From an uncultured Fibrobacteraceae bacterium (GTDB taxonomy: Bacteria; Krumholzibacteriota; Krumholzibacteriia; LZORAL124-64-63): a stretch of DNA of 64,000 nucleotides. Positions 7,084 through 16,858 of the stretch are shown one piece after another. A model generated the notes under the pieces. The model saw only the letters and a program-made list of their open reading frames with translations. It was not told the DNA's origin and searched no databases. The number at the start of each line of letters is the position of its first letter. Position 1 is the first letter of the stretch. The stretch lies in the NCBI GenBank assembly GCA_964617805.1, contig CAZTWK010000002.1, positions 20,308-84,307 of the forward strand, read 5' to 3'. The translations under genes were made by a program, and so were the position numbers.

Positions 7084-8718
7084 CTACTTCTTGGCCATGA
7101 AGGGATAGCGGTAGTCGTGCGGCGGGTCGAAGGTCTCCTTGATGGTCCGCGGGCTGCACCAGCGGATCAGGTTCAGGTAGGACCCGGCCTTGTCGTTGGT
7201 GCCCGAGGCGCGCGAGCCGCCGAAGGGCTGCTGGCCGACCACCGCGCCGGTGGGCTTGTCGTTGATGTAGAAGTTGCCGGCCGTGCCCACCAACTCGGCG
7301 CGTGCCTGCTGGATCGTGGCCCGGTCCTGGGCGAAGACGGCGCCGGTCAGGGCGTAGGCCGAGCCCCCGTCGCAGAGGCGCAGGGTCTTCAGCCAGTCCT
7401 TCTCGTCGTAGACGTAGACCGTCAGCACGGGTCCGAAGATCTCCTCGCGCATGGTCAGGAAATCCGGCTTGTTGGCCTGGATCAGCGTGGGCTCGATGAA
7501 GTAGCCCTTGCTGTCGTCGCAGCCGCCGCCGGCCAGGATCTTGGCGCCGCTGCCGCGCTTGCGGGCGGCGTCGATGTAGCCCTTGATGCTGTCGAAGGCG
7601 TGGCGGTCGATGACCGCGGCCATGAAGTTGGTGAAGTCGGCGGGATCGCCCATCTTGATGCTTTCGATGTCCGCGAGCAGCGCGGGCTTGATCCGCTTCC
7701 AGAGCCCCTTGGGGATGTAGGCGCGGCTGGCCGCCGAGCACTTCTGTCCCTGGTACTCGTAGGCGCCGCGGACCAGGGCCGTCACCAGGGCGCCGGGATC
7801 AGCCGATTCGTGCGCGACCACGAAGTCCTTGCCGCCGGTCTCCCCCACGATGCGAGGGTAGCAGCCGTAGGTGTCGATGTTGCGGCCGATGGTCGACCAC
7901 ATGCCGTTGAACACGGCCGTGCTGCCGGTGAAATGCACGCCGGCCAGATCCGGATGCTCCATGACGGGGTTGCCCACCTGGCCGCCGCTGCCGGGGATCA
8001 GGTTGATGACGCCGTCGGGCAGGCCGGCCTCCTTCAGCAGTTCCATCAGCCAGTAGGCCGCGTATACGGCGCTCGAGGCCGGCTTCCAGAGCACGGTGTT
8101 GCCCATCAGCGCGGGGGCCGTGGGCAGGTTGCCGGCGATGCTGGTGAAGTTGAAGGGGGTCACCGCGAAGACGAAGCCGTCCAGAGGCCGCTGCTCCAGC
8201 ATGTTCCACATGCCGGGCGCCGACTCGGGCTGCTCGCCCATGATGTCGTAGTAGAAGGACACGTTGTAGCGCCAGAAGTCGATCAGCTCGCAGGCGGCGT
8301 CGATCTCGGCCTGGAAGCAGGTCTTTGACTGGCCCAGCATGGTGGCGGCGTTGAGGGTGCTGCGCCAGCGGCCGGCCAGCAGGTCGGCGGCCTTAAGGAA
8401 GATGGCCGCTCGGGCCTCCCAGGGCATGTTCGCCCAGTTCTTGCGGGCCTTGCGGGCCGCGCTCGCGGCGGCCTTCACTTCCTTGGGACCGGCCTTGTGG
8501 TAGGTGCCCAGCAGGTGCTTGTGGTCGTGGGGGACGCGGCATTCGCCCAGGTCGCCGGTGCGGATCTCCTTGCCGCCGATGATCACGGGGATCTCGACCG
8601 TCTGCGCGGCCAGTTCCTTCACCTTGGCCTTCAGTTCGGCGCGCTCCGGGGAACCGGGCAGGTAGCCGAGCACCGGCTCGTTCACGGGCACGGGGGGAAT
8701 GGGCAGCATGTTGGGCAT
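7084..8718 (-). CDS. pruA: L-glutamate gamma-semialdehyde (P5C) dehydrogenase
   Basis: Start MPNMLPIPPVPVNEP with GGAGG RBS; PFNFT, GETGGKDF, YQGQKCSA, EEIFGPV, GQQPFGGSRASGTNDKAG. Confidence 0.93.
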   Translation of the reverse strand: MPNMLPIPPVPVNEPVLGYLPGSPERAELKAKVKELAAQTVEIPVIIGGKEIRTGDLGECRVPHDHKHLLGTYHKAGPKEVKAAASAARKARKNWANMPWEARAAIFLKAADLLAGRWRSTLNAATMLGQSKTCFQAEIDAACELIDFWRYNVSFYYDIMGEQPESAPGMWNMLEQRPLDGFVFAVTPFNFTSIAGNLPTAPALMGNTVLWKPASSAVYAAYWLMELLKEAGLPDGVINLIPGSGGQVGNPVMEHPDLAGVHFTGSTAVFNGMWSTIGRNIDTYGCYPRIVGETGGKDFVVAHESADPGALVTALVRGAYEYQGQKCSAASRAYIPKGLWKRIKPALLADIESIKMGDPADFTNFMAAVIDRHAFDSIKGYIDAARKRGSGAKILAGGGCDDSKGYFIEPTLIQANKPDFLTMREEIFGPVLTVYVYDEKDWLKTLRLCDGGSAYALTGAVFAQDRATIQQARAELVGTAGNFYINDKPTGAVVGQQPFGGSRASGTNDKAGSYLNLIRWCSPRTIKETFDPPHDYRYPFMAKK

Positions 8719-8901
8719 GTCTCTCCTCCAGGGATCCGGCTTAGCGGGAATGGCGGACGCGGCGTCGCCGAGTACAGGCGAACAATGCGCAACCGGACCC
8801 GACTTGGCAACCCCAATCCGGCGCCATCGGAACTCGCCAGGAGGGCCCCGAACTGCTACATTGGGGCCCCGTATCCACAAAACCCCGGAGGAGAGATAGA
8901 G

Positions 8902-9930
8902 ATGGCACAAGCCGGCAACATCATGAACGTCGAAGCGCACATCCTGGACCTGCAGCGTCTGCATCCCAGCGCCAGCGGCGATTTCACGAGCCTGCTCAAC
9001 GATATATCCTTCGCGGCCAAGATCATTTCCCGCGAGGTCGGACACGCCGGACTGGTGGAGGACATCCTCGGCTCGACCGGCGAGCAGAACGTGCAGGGCG
9101 AGGTCGTCCAGAAGCTCGACGAGTACGCCAACCGCACCATGCTGCGCTGCCTGGGCGGACGGGGGCAGTGCTGCCTGCTCGCTTCGGAGGAGATGGAGAA
9201 GCCCGTCCTGAAGGAGATGGGCAGCGGCAGCGGCAACTACGTGGTCGTCTTCGATCCCCTGGACGGATCCAGCAACATCGACGTGAACGTGAGCATCGGC
9301 ACCATCTTCTCCATCTACCGACGGCGGTCCCTCGACGGGCTACCGGGCGACGAGGACCTGCTGCAGCCGGGCAGCGAGCTGCTGGCGGCCGGCTACGTCA
9401 TCTACGGCTCCTCGACCATGTTCGTCTACACCACGGGCCACGGCGTGCACGGGTTCACCCTGGATCCGGGCATCGGCGAGTTCCTGCTGAGCCACGAGAA
9501 CATCACCATGCCTTTCACCGCGAACATCTACTCCGTGAACGAGGGGAACGAGCCGCGCTGGTCCCCGGCGGTGCGCGAGGTGGTGCGGCGTCTGAAGTAC
9601 GGTCGCGACGACGACTCGACAGGCCTCACCGCCCGCTACATCGGGTCGCTGGTGGCCGACTTCCACCGCAACCTGCTCAACGGGGGGATCTTCCTATACC
9701 CGGCCCAGGACGAACGCCCCGACGGCAAGCTGCGGCTGCTCTACGAGGCCGCGCCCCTGGCCATGATCGCCGAGCAGGCGGGCGGTTACGCCAGCGACGG
9801 CCGCGGCCCGATCCTGGAGATCGAACCCGAGGACCTGCACCAGCGCGTTCCCCTGTACATCGGCAGTCGCGAGACGGTGCTCTGGATCGAGAAAATGCTG
9901 GCCGACCCCACGCTGGAGGCCGGCCTCTGA
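8902..9930 (+). CDS. fbp: Class 1 fructose-1,6-bisphosphatase
   Basis: GEVVQKLD, FDPLDGSSNIDVNVSIGTIFSIY, RYIGSLVADFHRNLL.GGIFLYP, KLRLLYEA.P; ATG 8902 with GGAGG RBS. Confidence 0.95.
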   Translation: MAQAGNIMNVEAHILDLQRLHPSASGDFTSLLNDISFAAKIISREVGHAGLVEDILGSTGEQNVQGEVVQKLDEYANRTMLRCLGGRGQCCLLASEEMEKPVLKEMGSGSGNYVVVFDPLDGSSNIDVNVSIGTIFSIYRRRSLDGLPGDEDLLQPGSELLAAGYVIYGSSTMFVYTTGHGVHGFTLDPGIGEFLLSHENITMPFTANIYSVNEGNEPRWSPAVREVVRRLKYGRDDDSTGLTARYIGSLVADFHRNLLNGGIFLYPAQDERPDGKLRLLYEAAPLAMIAEQAGGYASDGRGPILEIEPEDLHQRVPLYIGSRETVLWIEKMLADPTLEAGL

Positions 9931-9957
9931 GATGTGCGGTGATGCGGGGCGGACGAG

Positions 9958-10281
9958 CTACTCGCGTCCCTCGATCTGGAGTCCCTTGGTCTCGGTGACC
10001 AGCGCCAGCGCCATGTTCTTGCAGCGCGGCCGGTGCGGCGTACCGGCTGGAACCAGCACGGCCTCCCCCTGCTTGACCGTCACCGTCTCACCGTTGAGCT
10101 CGATGTCGATCATGCCTTCCATGATGTAGATGAACTCGTCGGCGGTGTGGCTGTGGGCGATGTAGTCGCCGCTGTAGCGCACTATGAAGGTGTGGTAGGC
10201 GCCGTCGAGCTCAGAGATCTCCACGGGGCGAAAGGGCTGGGACAGGTCGCGCGCCATCTTCAGGACAGGGATCTTCTTCAT
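9958..10281 (-). CDS. Cupin domain protein
   Basis: HSHTADEFIYIMEG and GEAVLVPAGTPHRP cupin motifs. Confidence 0.85.
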   Translation of the reverse strand: MKKIPVLKMARDLSQPFRPVEISELDGAYHTFIVRYSGDYIAHSHTADEFIYIMEGMIDIELNGETVTVKQGEAVLVPAGTPHRPRCKNMALALVTETKGLQIEGRE

Positions 10282-10312
10282 CTCGTCTCCGTTCGGGACC
10301 CGACAGGTCCGG

Positions 10313-11089
10313 TCACTCTCTCGACAGCTCGGCCTCGGCCAGGGCGGCCTGCTCCGAGGCGGGGTAGTCGGTCTGCAGCAGCGACAGGAATCCGCGTGCC
10401 GCCGCGTCGTCGCCTGCCGCCTGGGCCGCGAAGACGGCCTTGAGCAGGGCGTCGGGGCGCCTGTCCACGTCGCGCGGGCCGTCGATCACGGCCTGCAGGT
10501 GGGATAGGGCCTGCCCGTACTCACCGTCGGCGTAAGCCATCTCGCCCAGCCAGTAGCCCGCGTCGTCGGTCAGCTCGGAGCGGCCGTAGCGGTCCAGGAA
10601 GGCCTGGAAGCCCTCGGCGGCCGCCTCCATGTTGCCGCGGTCGCGGTCCAGCAGGGCGGCGTTGAACAGGGCGCGGCCCTCCTCGGGCAGCGCGTCCAGC
10701 TCGTCGCCGTCGCCCTCGACGGTCTTGTACTCGCCCAGGGTCGGCAGGCCGAGACGGGTAGCCAGCAGGTCGACCCGGGCCGACAGGTTGCGCATGAACT
10801 CGTTGTTGTCGTCTAGCTTGTGGTCGATGCGGTCCATCTTGACCAGGATCTGGGCGATCTTGGCCTGCAGCACCGCCGACGACTCGCTGCCGGTGCCCTG
10901 GTCCGAGCGCAGCAGAGCGCCGAGGCTCTCCACCTCCTGGCGCACCACCATCTGCTCGTCGCGCATCAGGCGGATCTCGTCGCGGTTGCGCTCGACGGCG
11001 GATTCGATGTGCTCGAACTGCGGGCTGCAGCCCGCCACCAGCCAGAGGACCGGCAGCAGGCTCGCAACCCGGCGTACGACTCCGTGCAT
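10313..11089 (-). CDS. cpoB: Tol-Pal-associated coiled-coil/TPR lipoprotein (CpoB/YbgF)
   Basis: Lipobox LVAGC, coiled coil, TPRs (DDAGYWLGEMAY), directly after pal. Confidence 0.8.
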   Translation of the reverse strand: MHGVVRRVASLLPVLWLVAGCSPQFEHIESAVERNRDEIRLMRDEQMVVRQEVESLGALLRSDQGTGSESSAVLQAKIAQILVKMDRIDHKLDDNNEFMRNLSARVDLLATRLGLPTLGEYKTVEGDGDELDALPEEGRALFNAALLDRDRGNMEAAAEGFQAFLDRYGRSELTDDAGYWLGEMAYADGEYGQALSHLQAVIDGPRDVDRRPDALLKAVFAAQAAGDDAAARGFLSLLQTDYPASEQAALAEAELSRE

Positions 11090-11098
11090 CACGGTCTC

Positions 11099-11635
11099 CT
11101 AGGGCCGCGAGAAGTGGCCCCGGCGATTCAGGGCCCAGGCGCTCTCGTTGCTGCCGAAGGCGAAGGGGCGCTCCTCCCCGTAGGACGTGACGCGCAGCTG
11201 GCCCGAGGACACGCCCAGGGACACCAGGTAGTCGCGCACGGCCACGGCGCGCTTCTCGCCCAGGGCCAGGTTGTACTCGACGGTGCCGCGCTCGTCGCAG
11301 TGACCCTCGATGACGTAGGTCAGGTCGGAATGCTCGCGGATGATCCGGGCGTTCGCGTTCAGGGTGTTCATGGCCTCGTCCGACAGGCCGTACTCGTCGA
11401 AGGCGAAGAAGACGTCCTCGATGCCGTACTCCTGGGGCGCCATGCCCGCGTAGTCGATGGCCACGGGGGCGTCGTCGACCACGTCGGTCTCCTCGGCCAC
11501 GGGCTCTTCCTGGATGGGCTCCGTGACGACCGGCGTGGGATCGTCCACCACGGGGGGCTCTTCCTTCGAGCCGCAGCCTGCGATCATGAGCAAGGCGGCC
11601 AACATGATACTCACCATCACCAATGTCCGGTTCAT
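11099..11635 (-). CDS. pal: Peptidoglycan-associated lipoprotein
   Basis: Lipobox IAGC; VFFAFD, IEGHCDERGTVEYNLALGEKRA, SYGEERP, NRR. Confidence 0.93.
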   Translation of the reverse strand: MNRTLVMVSIMLAALLMIAGCGSKEEPPVVDDPTPVVTEPIQEEPVAEETDVVDDAPVAIDYAGMAPQEYGIEDVFFAFDEYGLSDEAMNTLNANARIIREHSDLTYVIEGHCDERGTVEYNLALGEKRAVAVRDYLVSLGVSSGQLRVTSYGEERPFAFGSNESAWALNRRGHFSRP

Positions 11636-11706
11636 GATGACGAGACTCCTTTCCAGCAAACGCTGTAATGGTCGGTACGGTTACCCGCAAAATCTAACAC
11701 GCGACG

Positions 11707-13002
11707 TCAATGAGACCAATCAGGAGTTTTATCCGACTCCTCGCCAAAGGTCAACTGGCGGCTGCTGCCGTCGCGCACGTCCATCACGTAGAGCTTGAAG
11801 ACCCCCGTGCGGTCCGAGGCGAAGACGATGTGCCGCCCGTCCGGCGCCCAGCTCGGGTCCTCGCAGTTGCGCCAGGAGGCGTCGGTCAGGAAGCGCCGGT
11901 TCTCCCCGTGGGCCTCGATCAGCACGATCTGGGTGATGTTGTTCTCCCGGCAGGCGTAGATGATCTGGTCGCCGCCGGGCGACCAGTCGGCGGCGTCGTT
12001 GTAGCGGCCCTCGAAGGTGAGGCGGCGGCGCCCGGAGCCGTCCGCGTCCATGACGTAGAGCTGGGGCGTGCCGGTGCGGTCGCTGGTGAAGATCACGTCG
12101 CGGCCGGTGGGCGACCAGGAGGGCGAGATCTCGATGGCCGGCGAGACCGTCAGGCGGCGGATGACCCGGCCGCCGAGATCGAGGCGGTAGATCTCGTGCT
12201 GCCCCACCTTCGAGAGCGAGGCCAGCAGCTCCTCCCCCTGCGGGTGCCAGGCGGGCGCCAGGTTCGAGCCCACCGACTCGTTCACCAGCCCCACCTTGCC
12301 CGTGCGGGTGTCCAGCAGGTAGATGCCCTGCTGTCCCTCCCGGTAGGACATGAAGGCCACGTGCTTGTCGTCGGGCGACCAGGCGGGAAAGAGGTTCAGG
12401 GTACGGTTGGCCGTCAGGCGCAGCAGGTTCTCGCCGTCGTAGTCGACGCAGTAGATGTCGCGCCGCTCGCCGGTGCCGCGGGCGAAGACCACCTTGGTCA
12501 GGCTGATGCCCGCCTCCATGTTCAGGAACAGGTGCAGCTCGTTGACGAAATGATGAGCGGTGGCGCGCAGGCGGTCCCAGGTCGGTCGGTAGCGCTTGCT
12601 CAACAGGAGTTGCCGACCGGGATACGCCACGAGCTTCAAGGTCAACAGGGGCGCGCGTTCCTCTGCCGTGACGCCCGTGCCGGGCAACCGCCCCTCCAAC
12701 AGGCCTTCCACGGCGTACTGGACCTGTGTGGTGTCGCTCATGTCGTCGACGGATAGCGCCTTGAAGAAACCGCTGTAATCCAGATCGACGCGGATCACGG
12801 AATCGATCAGCCAGGCTGCCTCCTGGGCCTCGGTTCCGCCCGAGACCACCTCCAGCGGTTGCACCAGCATGTCGAGACGCTCGGCTCCCACGCGTGTGGT
12901 GCCGAGGTTTATTTCCGGGTCGATCGCCCGGGCCGGCGACGCGGCGATGAACAGCGCGGCCGTTAGCATTATCAGCAGGAACATCCTGTCGGGTCGGCTC
13001 AT
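11707..13002 (-). CDS. tolB: TolB beta-propeller protein
   Basis: Repeated P.WSPDG/PD40 motifs, DLDYSGFF N-domain, tol operon context. Confidence 0.9.
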   Translation of the reverse strand: MSRPDRMFLLIMLTAALFIAASPARAIDPEINLGTTRVGAERLDMLVQPLEVVSGGTEAQEAAWLIDSVIRVDLDYSGFFKALSVDDMSDTTQVQYAVEGLLEGRLPGTGVTAEERAPLLTLKLVAYPGRQLLLSKRYRPTWDRLRATAHHFVNELHLFLNMEAGISLTKVVFARGTGERRDIYCVDYDGENLLRLTANRTLNLFPAWSPDDKHVAFMSYREGQQGIYLLDTRTGKVGLVNESVGSNLAPAWHPQGEELLASLSKVGQHEIYRLDLGGRVIRRLTVSPAIEISPSWSPTGRDVIFTSDRTGTPQLYVMDADGSGRRRLTFEGRYNDAADWSPGGDQIIYACRENNITQIVLIEAHGENRRFLTDASWRNCEDPSWAPDGRHIVFASDRTGVFKLYVMDVRDGSSRQLTFGEESDKTPDWSH

Positions 13003-13006
13003 GGTG

Positions 13007-13690
13007 TCAGTTCCCGGAGGTGAGGGTGAAGGTGTAGGTCACGCCCAGCGCGTTGTCGGCCAGCCCGCGGGGCAGGGGCATGAAGTGCCCCACGGTGCGC
13101 ACGGCCTTCAGGGACTCGCGGTCCATCAGGGGCACGCCCGAGGATTCGACCACCGTCTCGCGGGTGATCAGGCCGTTCTGCTCCACGTGGAAGTGGATCC
13201 GGCAGACGCGGGTCGAGGAGGTGCGGAAGCCGAGCTGCTTGGGATGCCAGTTGCGCGCGACGCGGGCCTCGAGCAGGTCGATGTAGTACTTGAAGCGGGG
13301 CGGCACGACCACGTCGGTGCCCACCACGGCTTGCTCTTCGGCCGCGGCGTCGGTCACCGTCTGCTCCGTGGGCGCGGCCGTCTGCGGCTCCTCTTGGGCC
13401 ACCACGGGCTCGGGCGTCTCGGGCTCGACGCGCTGCTCCGGTTCCTCGGGCACCACCGCCGGCGCCTGCTGTTCCTCGGGACGTTCCTGGATCTCGGGCG
13501 GGGGCGTCTCCTGCTCGATCACCGGCTCCGTCCGCTCGACCACGGGCTGCGGCCGCGGCAGGGTGGCCATGCGCACCGAGATGGTGCGCTGCCGGGGGAT
13601 CACCTGGCGGGAGACGTGGGCGCCGAACCAGAGGATCAGCGCCAGCACCAGCACGTGGCCGGCGAAGGAGGCCGGGAAGGCGCGTGTCAC
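13007..13690 (-). CDS. TolA/TonB-family energy transducer
   Basis: N-terminal TM with S..H, Pro/Glu-rich linker, TonB C-terminal domain (ESSGVPLMDRESLKAV). Confidence 0.8.
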   Translation of the reverse strand: MTRAFPASFAGHVLVLALILWFGAHVSRQVIPRQRTISVRMATLPRPQPVVERTEPVIEQETPPPEIQERPEEQQAPAVVPEEPEQRVEPETPEPVVAQEEPQTAAPTEQTVTDAAAEEQAVVGTDVVVPPRFKYYIDLLEARVARNWHPKQLGFRTSSTRVCRIHFHVEQNGLITRETVVESSGVPLMDRESLKAVRTVGHFMPLPRGLADNALGVTYTFTLTSGN

Positions 13691-14100
13691 GGCCGGTCCC
13701 CGGGCAGTTCCTGGTCGGCGACCAGGCTGAGGTTGGCGAAGCCCATGCGCTCGATGGCGGCCATCACCTGCAGGGCGAAGCCGTAGGGCACCTCCGCGTC
13801 GGCGCGCAGGTAGACGGGCAGCTCGTCGCGCTGGTCCAGGAAGGCCGACAGCCGGTCGGCCAGGCCGTCCATGTCCACGGGATCCTCGTCGAAGTAGATC
13901 TCCCGCGCCTTGGTGACGGTGACGATGGGCCCCTCCTCCATCACGACCTCGCGGGTCTCGGTGCGCGGCAGGTCCACCTCGACGCCCCCCTGGATGTAGG
14001 GCGCGGTGAGCATGAAGATGATCAGCAGGCAGAGCGTGACGTCCACCAGCGAGGTGATGTTGATCTCCGAGAGGCTGCGGTAGGCCGAACGGCCCTTCAT
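13687..14100 (-). CDS. tolR: TolR/ExbD biopolymer transporter
   Basis: EINITSLVDVTLCLLIIFMLTAP; YLRADAEVPYG; ATGA overlap with tolQ. Confidence 0.88.
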   Translation of the reverse strand: MKGRSAYRSLSEINITSLVDVTLCLLIIFMLTAPYIQGGVEVDLPRTETREVVMEEGPIVTVTKAREIYFDEDPVDMDGLADRLSAFLDQRDELPVYLRADAEVPYGFALQVMAAIERMGFANLSLVADQELPGDRP

Positions 14101-14819
14101 CTGATCCGCTCCTTCTCGTGCGTATCGGGCCGACGCGCCGGGCGGTTGCGGTCGGTCGAGCGCGCGTGCTCGGGCGCCGCCTCCTCGAGCACCGTGCGCA
14201 GACGCTCCATCTCGTTGCCGATCAGGTCGATCTTGCGCACGAACATGTTGTAGAAGACCACCGCCGGGATGGCCGCCGAGAGGCCGGCGATGGTGGTGAT
14301 CAGCGCCTCGGCGATGCCCGGCGCCACCACCGTGAGGTTGGCGCTGCGCATGGTCGACATGTCCCAGAAGGCCTGCATGATGCCCCACACGGTGCCCATC
14401 AGGCCGAGGAACGGCGCGATGGTGACCGTGGTCGACAGGATGATCAGGTAGCGCTCGAGTCCCTCCACCTCCGCGTAGGCCACGCGCTCGGCGGCCCGGC
14501 GCACCGCCGGCGGTGTTCGCTGGCGGCGACCCTCCACCCAGAGGTTGGCCAGGGGCAGGTCCTCGCGCGAGGCGCACCAGGTGTCCAGTTCGGGGGATTC
14601 CCCGCCGCGTTCCAGCCAGGCGTCGCAGCGGCGCCAGAAGTCGGCGTGTCCCCGGCGGATGGACGACAGGGCGCGGGCCTTGTCGATCATGACCGCCCAG
14701 GAGAGGACCGACAGCAGGAAGAGGATGAGCAAGACGAGCTTGCCCAGCAGCGTGGTATCGCGCAGGAGGCCCAGCAGCTCGGAAGCGCCGAGCGAGGCCA
14801 GGAATGCGGTATGGACCAT
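14097..14819 (-). CDS. tolQ: TolQ/ExbB (MotA family) proton channel
   Basis: TIAPFLGLMGTVWGIM, VAPGIAEALITTIAGL.AAIPAV. Confidence 0.9.
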   Translation of the reverse strand: MVHTAFLASLGASELLGLLRDTTLLGKLVLLILFLLSVLSWAVMIDKARALSSIRRGHADFWRRCDAWLERGGESPELDTWCASREDLPLANLWVEGRRQRTPPAVRRAAERVAYAEVEGLERYLIILSTTVTIAPFLGLMGTVWGIMQAFWDMSTMRSANLTVVAPGIAEALITTIAGLSAAIPAVVFYNMFVRKIDLIGNEMERLRTVLEEAAPEHARSTDRNRPARRPDTHEKERIR

Positions 14820-14867
14820 GTCAGCTCCTTCTGGCAGGGACGGCCCGTGCGGCGGTCCGTCTCCTGC

Positions 14868-14895
14868 AATGTACCACCCCGGCCCCGGGCTTCAA
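14868..14895 (-). promoter_or_regulatory. Sigma70 promoter of the tol-pal operon
   Basis: TTGAAG-N16-TACATT with extended -10 TGn. Confidence 0.5.
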
Positions 14896-14960
14896 GGGCG
14901 GATTGGGGCGGCCTCGCCATGATACGACGGCGGGGCCGTGGAGTTCCCGGCGCCCGCGGC

Positions 14961-16094
14961 TCAGCGCGCGGCCAGCACGCGGTCGTAGAGCTGCACGTAC
15001 TGCTGTATCACGCAAGGGGTTCCGAAGCGGGCCACCGCGTCACGCAGCCCGTCGTCGGCGATCTGGCGGTAGAGCGGCTCGTCCGTGAGCAGGCGCACGG
15101 CCGTCTCGATCCAGGCCCCGAGATCCTCGGGATCGTGCAGGAAGCTGTTGTGGCCGGTCTCGATGAACTCGGCCGTGCCGCCCACGTCGGTGGCGATCAC
15201 CGGCGTGCCGCAGGCCATGGATTCCAGGGCCACCAGGCCGAAGGACTCGTGCTGCGAGGGCAGCAGGGAGAGGTCGGCCACGGCCAGCAGGTCCTCCAGG
15301 GTCTCCACCTGGCCCAGGAAGGTGACGCGGTCGCTCACGCCCAGTTCGGCGGCCAGGCGCTCGGCGGGCCCCCGCTCGGGCCCCTCGCCCAGCAGCAGCA
15401 GGCGGCTGGGCACGGCCGCGGCGATGCCGGCGAAGATGCGCAGCACGTGGGGGATGTTCTTCACCGGTCGGAAGTTCGAGGCGTGCAGCACGATCCTCTC
15501 GTCCGGCGCGGCGTAGGCGGCGCGGTCGAGGTCGATGCGGGGCCGGAAGCGGCGGGGATCCACGAAGTTGGGGATCACCTCGATCCCGTTCCCGCAGCCG
15601 AAGACCCGGCGGGTCTCCTCGCGCAGGCTGGTGCTGACGGCGGTCACCGCGTCGCTCTCGGCGATCAGGAAGCGGGTCATCTCGAAGTAGGAGGGCTCCT
15701 GGCCCACCAGGGTGATGTCGGTCCCGTGCAGGGTCGTGATCATGGAGATGCGCTCGCGACCCAGCATGCTGCGGGCCAGGTAGGCACTCGCGGCGTGGGG
15801 GATGGCGTAGTGCACGTGCAGCACGTCCAGGTCGTGGTGGCGGGCCACCTCGCACATCTTGGTGGCCAGGGCCAGGGTGTAGGGCGTGTGCCGGAACACG
15901 GGATAGGAGACGGCCTCGACCTGGTGGAAGAAGATGTTCCGCTCGTAGCGTTGCAGGCGCACCGGCATGGCGTCGGTGATGAAGTGCACCTCGTAGCCGC
16001 GCCGGGCCAGGTTCAGGCCCAGTTCGCTGGCCACGATGCCGCTGCCGCCGGCGGTCGGGTAGCAGGTGATGCCGATGACGGGCAGGCGGTTCAC
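14961..16094 (-). CDS. bshA: N-acetyl-alpha-D-glucosaminyl L-malate synthase (GT4)
   Basis: IGITCYPTAGGSG, HVHYAIPHA, TTLHGTDIT, ESFGL; GTG start overlaps the bshB1 stop. Confidence 0.92.
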   Translation of the reverse strand: MNRLPVIGITCYPTAGGSGIVASELGLNLARRGYEVHFITDAMPVRLQRYERNIFFHQVEAVSYPVFRHTPYTLALATKMCEVARHHDLDVLHVHYAIPHAASAYLARSMLGRERISMITTLHGTDITLVGQEPSYFEMTRFLIAESDAVTAVSTSLREETRRVFGCGNGIEVIPNFVDPRRFRPRIDLDRAAYAAPDERIVLHASNFRPVKNIPHVLRIFAGIAAAVPSRLLLLGEGPERGPAERLAAELGVSDRVTFLGQVETLEDLLAVADLSLLPSQHESFGLVALESMACGTPVIATDVGGTAEFIETGHNSFLHDPEDLGAWIETAVRLLTDEPLYRQIADDGLRDAVARFGTPCVIQQYVQLYDRVLAAR

Positions 16095-16858
16095 GACCAG
16101 CGCTCCCCCGGCAGATCCCGGTAGACGGGCGCGCCCTCCACGTGCAGGGCCTCCGCCAGCTCCACGCCCGCCCGGAAGCCCCAGCTGCGGGCCCAGCGCT
16201 CGACCTCCTGCAGGAAGACCGGATCGTTGATCATGGTGGCGCGCGCACCGGCGCCGGGCTCGAACTGGCTGGCGTAGCAGCGCAGGGCCGCCACCTTGGC
16301 CGGCCAGACATCGCTCACGTCGAAGTAGACGTCGGGCTGCTCGGCGGGCAGGCAGACCGTGCAGACCGCCTCGCATTCCCAGCGCTCGGCCGCCTCCTGC
16401 AGGGTGGCGTCCCCGGGCCAGATCCGGGGCGCGGGCGTCGCGGGCCGCCAGGCGGCCAGGCGGGCCATGAAGGCGCCCTTGTGCACCAGGGCGGGAATGG
16501 CCCTGTGGTCGGGGTGGCGGTTGGGCATGGGGGCGGCCACCACCCAGCGGGGCCGCAGGCGCCGGATCACGTCGGCCACCACCGCCACCTGCTCGCTGTC
16601 CTGCTCGGAGATGAAGCCGTCGGGCAGGTCGAACTGGAGTCGGCCGGTGATGCCGAGGGCCTCCCCCGCGTCGGCCGCTTCGCGCCACCGCACCTCGGGG
16701 GTGCCGTTGGAACCCAGCTCGCCGCGGGTCAGGTCGCAGAGCCAGACCGTGCGGCCGGCCGCGGCCAGCCGGTGCAGGGTGCCGCCCAGGGCGATCTCCG
16801 CGTCGTCGCTGTGGGGCGAGATGCAGAGCAGGTCGCAGGTCGTCGCACCGTCGTTCAT
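16091..16858 (-). CDS. bshB1: Bacillithiol biosynthesis deacetylase (PIG-L family)
   Basis: PHSDDAEIALGGT, DLTRGELGSNGT, RHPDH, KVAALRCYASQF; lies between bshC and bshA. Confidence 0.88.
   Translation of the reverse strand: MNDGATTCDLLCISPHSDDAEIALGGTLHRLAAAGRTVWLCDLTRGELGSNGTPEVRWREAADAGEALGITGRLQFDLPDGFISEQDSEQVAVVADVIRRLRPRWVVAAPMPNRHPDHRAIPALVHKGAFMARLAAWRPATPAPRIWPGDATLQEAAERWECEAVCTVCLPAEQPDVYFDVSDVWPAKVAALRCYASQFEPGAGARATMINDPVFLQEVERWARSWGFRAGVELAEALHVEGAPVYRDLPGERWS

Noticed and set aside
8719-9045. Extended N-terminus of pruA from the ORF track (start 9045); similar over-extensions for bshA, clpC, polA, bamD, rimO, lpxK, acpS and the methyltransferase
   Set aside because: They overlap neighbouring genes. 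Downstream starts have an RBS or stop/start overlap and match family N-termini.
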